Shown here piece after piece: positions 53,600 to 64,000 of a DNA stretch of 64,000 nt. Origin of the DNA: Octopus vulgaris (lineage: Eukaryota); contig OX597823.1 in NCBI GenBank assembly GCA_951406725.2, forward strand, positions 29,512,001 to 29,576,000. Reading direction: 5' to 3'. Within the stretch, counting starts at the first letter, position 1; every line of letters begins with the position of its first letter. Made by a program: the position numbers and the translations under genes. The notes under the pieces were generated by a model that was not told the origin of the DNA, searched no databases, and worked only from the letters and a program-made list of their open reading frames with translations.

Positions 53600-53992
53600 T
53601 ATTTTATATATATATATATATATTATATATATATATATAAACATACACAAACATATTTATATACCTACATATACACATAGATATATTTATTGATGCGTTT
53701 CACCCTAAAGGCTGTGGCCATGCTACGGCACACAAACACACACACATCTATATATTATATATATATATCCATGAATGCATACGTATATATATATATAACG
53801 CACATAGGTGTATGCACACGATATTATACAAATATATATTATATGTATACACACACACAAACACTTTTTCCAAGCAGACCTCAAAAATCATTATTTGTTC
53901 CTCGCACAGATCCTTTCTATGCCTTAAAATAAATAACCTCCTGCCTCCTCCCACTTCTCTTGCTGCTATTTCAGCTACCACTATCAAGCCTT

Positions 53993-54030
<38 letters not shown>

Positions 54031-55711
54031 TCACCAACAACATCAATCTATCATGACCCCTCCCCCCTCCCCACACACATACACACTCAAACACTCCATT
54101 ATTGCTGCTACTGCCATGCTCCCCAGCCTCTGCCACGACCACCACCAACCACCCAATCTACTTCACTCCCAGCAAAGCAATGAATCAACCCATTTCTACA
54201 TGGTGGTTCACTTTGCTGGAAACAGCAACCAAATCTCCCATCGGAGTCACTCTATTCATTGCCTTATAAACAAATTAAAGGACGTCGTTGATAATGTAAG
54301 TCCTTCGCAGACATACATCCCTTTTTAAAAAGAGTAACTGGTCGGGCACAACAGTGACGGCTGACCTGTGGTTAAACTACTACTACTACTACTACTACTA
54401 CTACTGTTCAAATTGAAGTTACTATCACCACAAAAGGAGGTAGCTTCTATACAGTAGTTCGATCTGCCAGAAATAGCAGCTAAGTAAACCTCTCTCCCTC
54501 TTTCTTTCTCAGAACGAACCCTATAGTTTCAAATAAGGAAAAAAAAAAGGGACACATTAGACAATGTAGTCCTAGATACCCCCCCCCCCATGAAAACATG
54601 AGGGTCAAAGGGCGATTAGGGATGGCAGTTTTAGCAATCTTCCCTGTAACAACCTAACTGGGAGAATTTGTATTAGGCTCACATACGCGCGCGCGCACAG
54701 GAGCACACAGCACACACTAACACACACACACAACAGAAGCAACAACACAGACAGGTACACAAAGAGCTGGATGCACACAGACGTCAATACATGCACATAC
54801 ACACACTATATAAACGTCGATACACGCAGAACACGCACGTACAGCACACACACATATATATTCAGCTTACTCGCACACATCATGCCAAACATACACGCAT
54901 ACTTCGTTTACACACTAACATCCTATACTCACACACACAAGCGTACACATACGCACGCACGCACGCAGCGGCAGATCCCATTTATAAAGCTGATAGAGAA
55001 ATTCTCGTTATCTCCCTTCACCATTTTGTTTTCAGACATGACCCCTAGGGATTTCACATACTCAGCCCCTACCTCAGACATTTCGTGGGAGTCTCGCTAG
55101 GGATCAGTAGTTAACCCTTAGCTCAGACCGCCACTACCATCACAACCATCTTCATCGCCGTGGTCGCCGTCGTTAAGGTCTCTCTCAGCCATCCATCATC
55201 GCTAACATCGCACTCAACAAACCACCATTGCACGAGACAAAAACCATTCAACGACTATGTGGTCACACGAGCAGCTGGAAACAGCAGTAATACGTCCACA
55301 AAATTTAAATAGAAACAAAGACACATTGGAGAGTATATAGCCCTGAATTACCTTGCGCAAAAGTAAAAGCGAAAAAAACCCCCAACAAGATGGTCACCAT
55401 TGGAGCGCTCTTGATCATAAATTTGTTGGATTCCAACTGACCTGGTGTTAAATAACAACTACCACGGCAATAATTACAACCCGCCACAAATTCTCATAAC
55501 CACCACCACCATTACTACCATGACATCAGCAGGTAACCAAATACATGAGAGATCAGCAAGGACAGACCGACTACCATCATCATCATCATCATAAGCATCA
55601 TTACCATATTGCCCTCGACCTCTTCAGTTAGAAATAGCAGCCAAATCACACTCGAATCTCACAGTTCTCGCTTCTCAAGAAATGCAACAACATAGACAGT
55701 GTAGTCACAGT

Positions 55712-55744
<33 letters not shown>

Positions 55745-57543
55745 CCTTCGAAACGTTTAGTAGATGAAACCTTAGCGACTGAAGAAGGGGATTTTTCGTT
55801 GTGCTTATTGTCCTGTATCTCTCTTTTTTTGCTTGTCTTGTTCCTTGGTTTGTGTCTATGTTTTTCGTCTCTCTATGTGTTCGACGTCTTTTTGGTGTCC
55901 TGTACACATATATGCGTGTATATGTACATGTAGAGGTAGGTACGTACATATATGTTTATATATATGCATATATTTTATTAACATATATATATATATATAT
56001 ATATATTTGCAGGCTATGGCCATGCTGGGGCACCGCCTCGAAGAATTCTAGTTGAACGAATTGACTCCCCCGCCCCGTCATACATATATATATATATTTA
56101 TTCTTTTACCGAGCCGCTGGTGTTACGGGCAAGTAAAACCAGCAACACTGGTGCTCCAGCATGGCCGCAGTCTAATGACAAATAAATGGAAAAAAAAATA
56201 AAAGATTTCACCACCACTCCGACATCCCCACCCTTATCTCCACCGTCCCCGCCCTCCCCGATTTGGCAGCCCGGTGGCGATGGTGGTGGGGGAAATGAAT
56301 GAGAGGAAATAGGGGGGGGGGGCAAAAGGCTGTGGTGGTAGTGGTGGGAGAGGTCAAGTTAAGAAAAGAAAAGAAAGCAGCATCTAAAATAAGATGGAGG
56401 GAAGGGTTAAAAAGAATGTTAACGGGGTAGGAGGATGAAAAGAGGGAGAGGAGAGAAACAATGAAGGGTTAGAGGAGGAGGAGGAAGGGAAAATGGAAAA
56501 GGAAAACAAAGAAACAAATTATAAAGTAAGAATGCAGACAGGTAGGAGGAGGAAGAGGAGATAGAGAGAGAGAAGGAAGGGAGAGAAGACAGTTGTTTGC
56601 AAGCAGGTGTAGTGTAGTTAAAAGCCCATTGGTCAGTCTTAATTGAGCAGACCGATGACGAAAAATGTTCCGGCCAAGACTATCTCGTCTGATTGTATAT
56701 ACAAAGACTACTGCATTAATTGTACATATCCTTTATTTTTAAAATGGTCAGTAGGATGTGATTTGAGAAAGATTTGGTTGCCATTTCTAGCTGGTCTATC
56801 AAACTACCCGAGCTTTTCGCGTTTTCCCTGCGTCAGTTGATACAACGCTACAACGTAATCTATAATGGATTGTAGCGTAGTATCACATGGTATGGTTTAA
56901 AAAGTAACGTATTTGTAGATTCAACAGTGACACTATCTCTGTGCTACACGTACATGTAACTGTCAGTTGAAACATACCCCTGATGATATATCGCAGTGTA
57001 GAATATACTTAATGCTGATACCATTTAAAATTGCATATCACTAGTTCTGAAACCTGTCGCTTTGCCGAAGGCAAGATGGTAGAATTTTAAATTAAAATGT
57101 TTTTTGTCCATTCAAAATGCTATCTTTTTATACAAGATATAAAATATATTCGGATTTCAATACAGTCTTTGAAAGAATCAGAAAGTTATTAAACTTCAAC
57201 TTCTATTTTAGTTTTCAGAAAAAAAAATATCTTATTAAGGGTTTTCAATTGGATGAAATATCGAAAAATCGCTCGTCTTTTTTAAGTGAAGGCTTTTAAT
57301 GATTAATTTTTTAATATTACTTGTGAAAAAAAAAAGTTTTTAACTAGATGCGTTTTCCATAGACAACATTGCTAATCAAGGTGTCGTCTTCATCATTATC
57401 ATGTCTTTCTGGGTGTTTGGACAATTTGTAGGAAACTTTAGCTGTTATCTCTAGCAAGTCGAGTGACCACATAAAAGACATTGAATGTATGTGTGTGTGT
57501 AGGGGGGTAGATACCCATAAAACTACCACATATGCTGATAGTA

Positions 57544-57807
57544 TTGGGCTGGTGCATAATTATTGCAGTTTTTTTTTCCAATAAAATTCAACAAAAACAA
57601 TAACAACATGTAACAAAAACATCTTTAAATGATTATTCCGGAGCATATTCACCATCTACTTCAATTACTGCTTCCGATTTGCTTGCTAGACGGTCAGACC
57701 GTCATTTAAAGATGTTTTTTTGTTAAATATTGTTATTGTTTTTGTTGAATTAAAATTTGTTGCAAAAAACAAAAAAAAAAGCCGCAATAATTTATGCACC
57801 AACCCAA
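57544..57807. mobile_element. Mariner-derived MITE
   Basis: TIRs TTGGGCTGGTGCATAATTATTGC / GCAATAATTTATGCACCAACCCAA, TA on both sides; minus-strand internal remnant EAVIEVDGEYAPE* resembles a mariner C-terminus. Confidence 0.8.
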
Positions 57808-57826
57808 TATTACGTCTCCAAGAATA

Positions 57827-57881
<55 letters not shown>

Positions 57882-57897
57882 AGTGGTAGTGGTAGTG

Positions 57898-57952
<55 letters not shown>

Positions 57953-57971
57953 TAGTAGTAGTAGTAGTAGT
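57827..57971. repeat. (TAG)n microsatellite
   Basis: Direct observation; similar tracts at 7563-7680, 27066-27112 and 44751-44830. Confidence 0.97.
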
Positions 57972-58563
57972 GTCTCGTGTAATACAAAAGACAACACAAT
58001 ACAGTGTCTTCTTCCTTGGGCAACTTATAAAACTCAACTCGTGATGAGGTCACAGGGGATCACCAGTTGGAAGCCGTAACCTGGAGACCGAGGTCTAAAC
58101 GCAGCGGATATTTTTTTTCCCACATAGAGAAAGACATGTAGAGGAGGAGAAAGAAGAAAAAGAATAAAATATTATTATCGATCCAAGTATTGAAAGGGAC
58201 TTAACGATACCGAGAAGACGAAGGCCAAAGGTAAAAAACTGACCTCGATGTAAAAGAATGCCGCAAGGCATTGTACCCAACGTTCAAACAACTGTGCTAT
58301 GTTGCCGCTTATAACGTACTCTTGTACGGTTAAACGGGATGCAGTGTAGAGCCTGGGAAATAAACCGATTCTTTGTTTAGTTTTCATTAAAGCTGTTCAT
58401 TTGTTCGATCAACTGAACTGCCTGCCTAATCATTAAATTAGTGGATTAGTATACATAGTTCTACGGCAGATTGTAAACGGATGACACCGCTTGCGTGACT
58501 GTGACACTCATTTACAACTATATCGGTATATCAAAACAGTAAGGCAAAACATACCCATGCACA

Positions 58564-58601
<38 letters not shown>

Positions 58602-58604
58602 TAT

Positions 58605-58730
58605 GGTTCAAAATTGTATAAAAAGGCAGAAGAGAAAACTAAAACAGACCGGTAAGGGAACAAGAAGTCTAGTTTGACGCTGAAGGAAAACGGAAGAGTC
58701 TTTGACGTTTCGAGCCTACGCTCTTCTACA
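58605..58730 (-). mobile_element. Truncated Penelope-like terminal module with partial hammerhead (58700-58730)
   Basis: GTCTTTGACGTTTCGAGCCTACGCTCTTCTACA matches the family; truncated at a SINE fragment. Confidence 0.55.
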
Positions 58731-59885
58731 CTCACAAGGGTTAGGTGACTCGACGTCATAGTATAAGACACTTGCCCGTGGTACCACGTGCGTGACTGAA
58801 GGCGAAACTTTGAGGCTGGGAAGCGATCTTAAGCACACAGTCATGCCTGCGCCCAATCCAAAACGACATCCAAACACCAAGCAGCTGAGCAATCATCAAT
58901 CATAGCCGTATGATCTGGTAGCATATATCATGCTTTCGTTAATTGTTTTACTGCTTATGTAGTCAGAAGCAGACGTGGACCCATTAGAAAGCATCCAGAG
59001 TGCGACAGCTGGAGGAGCAGGTCGAACTCAGCACCAAGCTAATCATTTCCAGATGGGTAAACCAAAGCGACATGAAATTAAGCGGCTTGCTTAAGGAATA
59101 GTTGACAGCCAATCCTAGTGAAAGTAAATTGCGACAGACACCAGATAGACACCGGAAGTGACGATAGTGATATCCCATAATTCTATTGCTATTATTATAT
59201 AGCAACAGACCGATGCATAGAACGTAACATAGGAAGCCTACCAATCGAATACGAAATGTAATATCCTTTGCGTTATAATGGACTAAAGTGTTCTGCCTGC
59301 TCGATCAATGGTCTCAATCAGGCAGCGTCTTCTAGTTGAACGCGTTTTTACTGCTCCAACCACCTAATTCCCCTTATGCTACTTAATCCGGTGATATTTT
59401 CGACGCTTGTGCTCCTATGAAATTATGGGCACTATCGCCACTATGGCGCAATTTACTTCCACTTTACTCTGACATTAAACTGCATAGTAACCGAGAAGGT
59501 CTAAACTAGCACCCGACTGCTTGTCGTTTTTAGCTCAGTAAACTAATGCAACATGAATTGAAGCGTTTTATTCAAGATACAAATGCGCTGCCCGACCCAT
59601 CAACCGACCTCACGACTCTATGATCGCGAGCCCGACAGCCTAACCATTAAGCCACGCGCCTTTCATATCCAACCGTTACAATACGCTAACCGTTATACAC
59701 CCAATATTCTCTCACCAGAATGTGATTAAACTTCCAGGAAATCCTTCCTTACAACCAATTGATAAGCATCAGAATAAAATTAGCCTCAATGGCATCAAAC
59801 TCAGGTGGGGAATCGTCGTGTAATGTTCCTTCTTCCAGAGCTGGCTTATAAAATAAGATATATTTGTCATAATTTGTCATTATTA

Positions 59886-60310
59886 GGGCGGAGTGCTAGC
59901 AGAATCGTTAGCGCGCTGGACGAAATGCTTAGCAGTACTTCACCAATCGCTACGGTCTGGGTTCAAATTCCGCTGAGGTCGATTTTGCCTTTCATCCTTT
60001 CGGGGTCGATTAAATAAGTACCAGTTACGCACTGGTGTCGATATAATAGACTTAATCGGTTTGTCTGTCCTTGTTTGTCCCTTCTGTGTTTAGCCCCTTG
60101 TGGGTAGTAAAGAAATAGGTATTTCATCTGCCGTTACGTTCTGAGTTCAAATTCTGTCGAGGTCGACTTTACCTTTTATCCTTTCGGGGTCGATAAATTA
60201 AGTACCAATGACGCACTGGGGTCGATCTAATCGACTTAATCCCTTTGTCTGTCTTTGTTTGTCCCCTCTATGTTTAGCACCCCCGTGGGCAATAAAGAAA
60301 TAAGAAATAA
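59886..60310 (+). mobile_element. SINE family B, head-to-tail dimer
   Basis: Same dimer junction (GAAATAGGTATTTC) as 51992-52390. Confidence 0.85.
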
Positions 60311-60444
60311 GATAGCTAGATAAATAGGTTCATTTAAGTTAATACGTACGCTCGCGCACACATTTTACAAAACCATATTCTATGCGAGTGTATACACACA
60401 TTCATGTGTGCACGCGTGTATATACATATATACATGTATGTATG

Positions 60445-60709
<265 letters not shown>

Positions 60710-60772
60710 GTTTAAATATTTGTTGTGCAAGATTTTATTGGCTAAACTGGCAATATGACCATTCCGAAATAT

Positions 60773-60813
<41 letters not shown>

Positions 60814-61559
60814 AATGTATATATATATATACAGAGAGAGAGATATATATATACTCAACAAAACTGTCATACTTGTAAAGATGAAAAAAAAAATAAAATA
60901 GAATTAGTGCATCTGCACATTGTAAAGTGCATTACGAGTGATAAAGTGCAAGAGTAGATGATAAACATTGTGTTCAGTTCATCTGCTGCTGCAAGACTTT
61001 TCAGTAAAAATAGCTGTAACTGCTGCGCCGTGCTAAACACAAGAAGGGATGGAAAAATACTACATTTCTGTGAAAGGAATGTTGGCGTGCCGAGTGCAAA
61101 TGTACTTCTTTCTTTGGGAAATATATGCTAGGAGACTTGGCTGACACACACGCGCGCGCGCGCGCTTTCTCTCCCTCTCCCCCCACTCTCTGTCTGTCTC
61201 TCTCTAATACACACACACACTCACAGACTCTCACACACCGTGCTTTTTCTATCTTTCTCGTTTTATATACAATTTCCATCTGTCCACCTCTTTCTTTTTA
61301 TACATTATATATATATTTCTCTGTGCCTTTCTTTTTCATAGATTTACTTCATCTGTCTATCTCTCCCAGGTACCTTATACAGACACTCTCTCTCACTCTC
61401 ATATGCTATTTCTATCTATCTATCTTTCTCTCAATTTCTGTCATAAAGAGTTTCCTATCTATCTACCTACCTATCTATCCACCTTTCTTTCTGTTTACCT
61501 TTTTCTCTATCTATCGATCTATCCACCTTTCGTTGTTTCTTACTACCTGTTTGCCTTTT

Positions 61560-61606
61560 TCTATATCTATCTATCTATCTACTTATTTATTTATCAATCT
61601 ATCTAT

Positions 61607-61678
<72 letters not shown>

Positions 61679-61691
61679 TTATTTATTTATC

Positions 61692-61722
<31 letters not shown>

Positions 61723-61782
61723 CTATTTATTTATCAATCTATCTATCTATCTATCTCTCTATCTATCTATCCATCTATCTCC

Positions 61783-61814
<32 letters not shown>

Positions 61815-61833
61815 CACTATCTATCTATTTATA

Positions 61834-61874
<41 letters not shown>

Positions 61875-61875
61875 C

Positions 61876-61912
<37 letters not shown>

Positions 61913-61935
61913 TTATCTATCTATCTATCAATCTA
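61560..61935. repeat. (TATC)n microsatellite
   Basis: Degenerate CTAT repeat; source of the spurious 359-aa and 296-aa ORFs. Confidence 0.98.
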
Positions 61936-62094
61936 TCCACTTTCTCATTTCCTATTTCCATGTTCTCATACTTTTGTCTTTCTCCCCCTTCTCATACTCT
62001 CTCTCTCTCTCTCTCTCGCTCTCTCTCTCTTTCTCACATACACTACACCCATATGCCTCACATACAATCTCAATCAATCTCTCTCACATTCTGT

Positions 62095-62132
<38 letters not shown>

Positions 62133-63187
62133 TCTCTTCAGTGTCTGTATATCGCTGTCATGCAATGCACGGATGTTTTGCTTTCCTTCGTTTATTTATC
62201 TTAGCTCTCTGGTTCAGTTTATCACCATGCTCAAGGCCACGCTGGAGCAACGCCGGCGCGCGCGTCTGTACTGTCTATGTATATACTGTATAACATATAT
62301 TTATATATGATGATTGGTTGTGCGTTCGCTCGTATACACACAGCCGTCCATTCGCACACTTTCACAGTCAATATTTACACCTCCGAACTAGAAAGACAGA
62401 CAGACAGAAAGAAAGATAGAAAGAAAGAGAGTAGAAGAGAGAGAGAGAGACAGACTTTTTTTTAATGACCAGGTTACTTACAAAACTTGTGTGTGCATGT
62501 ATATGCGCTTGTGTGTGTGTGTGCGTGTATTTGCATATGCATGTATGTATGTATGTTAAATAGGAAAGATTCTTGAAATACTCGTACAGTTCCAGGGGTC
62601 GAGAAAAATCCAGAAAGGATTCTATACGATTTTAAAGATGGAAGTAGCGAGCAGATATATGGAACAGATATAATGTTTTAGCATACATACAAATACCAAC
62701 AAAGGAGGGTATACACACACACCCATTTTACACAGACACATGAATGCGTAAGCGCACCAAACATACACAAATATATACACTCAAAGACCAGAGCCTATTT
62801 GTCTAGAATCGTATACAAGTACCTCCTGTTTATCTACCTATTACCTCAATCCACTTGAGTAATAAAAGTAGAATGAGGTATTTTTATCTATTGGCTGAAA
62901 CAGCTGTAAGTTACTTTACCAATTTATATTCATGTTTTTTATAACAATTACTGGTATCCTTACTATATCTTATATCTTATAGGTAAAGAATAATATGCTA
63001 TATGTATGTATGTATGTTATTATAATTATCAGTTTAATAAATAAATAAGTTAACATTTTAATGTCCAAAAGTTGATGAACCACCAATTGTTCTCCTCCAT
63101 TTTCTTATTTGCGATATATATACATATATACCTCTGTTGTATATATATTTTATGTATACAAGCATCTATTTATAGATATAGTCTTAT

Positions 63188-63356
63188 ATTTGTTTCAGTC
63201 ATTTTACTGCAGCCACGCTGGAGCACCCTAACCCTAACCCACCGCCTTTAGTCGAAGAAATCGAGCTCAGGAGATATTCTTTGTAAGCATAATATTTATT
63301 CTATCAGGCTACTTTTGCCGAACCGCTAAATTACGGGGGACGTAAACACATCAACG

Positions 63357-63435
<79 letters not shown>

Positions 63436-63569
63436 GATGGGCTTCTTTCAGTTTCCGCCTAGCAAATCCACTCAAGGTCTTGGTCGGCCCGAGGCTATAG
63501 CGTAAGACACTTTGCTGAAGGTGGGACTGAACCCGGAACCATATGGTTGGGAATTAAGTTTCTTACCCA

Positions 63570-63572
<3 letters not shown>
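63188..63572 (-). mobile_element. SINE family A with a telomeric-repeat insertion
   Basis: Family A body with CTAACCCTAACC inserted at 63228-63239. Confidence 0.8.
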
Positions 63573-63608
<36 letters not shown>

Positions 63609-63708
63609 TGCATACATACGTGTGTATATATATATACACACACACAAGTGTAAACACACTTATATAGCTAGATACATAGACAGACAGGCAGACAGACAGA
63701 CAGACAGG

Positions 63709-63789
<81 letters not shown>

Positions 63790-63909
63790 CGCTGTATTTA
63801 TATAAACTTGTGTATGCTCGTGCACACGTGCAAACATATTTTGTCTAGTTTGGCTGTTACATAAACACATACACTCATAAATATAGATATGTACACACAC
63901 AATTTATAC

Positions 63910-63940
<31 letters not shown>

Positions 63941-64000
63941 TACACGTACATTTATATAGAAGTTTACATTTATAAACGCATACACACATATACATACATA

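Noticed and set aside
55742-55900. Permuted (type II) hammerhead GAAACGTT...CTGAAGA; similar case at 48100-48230
   Set aside because: Helix I does not close next to the core. These are probably decayed Penelope-like ends, so they were not counted as ribozymes.
58962-59095. Possible exon (SEADVDPLESIQSAT...)
   Set aside because: Resembles the LESIQRRAT motif of decayed CR1/L2 ORF2; no convincing donor or recognisable gene.
61125-62293. Longest ORFs (359 aa and 296 aa)
   Set aside because: Translations of (TATC)n and (TC)n microsatellites (YLSI repeats); no domain content.

Overview
AT-rich, microsatellite-saturated eukaryotic non-coding DNA, probably intronic or intergenic. The repeat families look like those of an octopus genome (inference from recognised SINE families, not a database hit). 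No intact protein-coding gene can be supported; nearly all ORFs in the track are translated microsatellites. The window holds about 20 copies of a tRNA-derived SINE with an internal (TA)n(TG)n tract, three or four other SINE families, mariner, pogo, hAT and Merlin-like MITEs, LINE remnants, one intact tRNA-Asp(GTC) with a duplicated 5' end, and a U6 snRNA 3' fragment fused to a SINE tail. The main signal is a set of nine minimal type-I hammerhead ribozyme motifs from at least four sequence families. Most lie in short Penelope-like modules inserted into (TA)n tracts, two sit in the loop of ~95-bp inverted repeats, one family shares a non-canonical core (A6U plus an extra A), and eight of the nine are on the minus strand. 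All coordinates were read by hand and may be off by a few bases.
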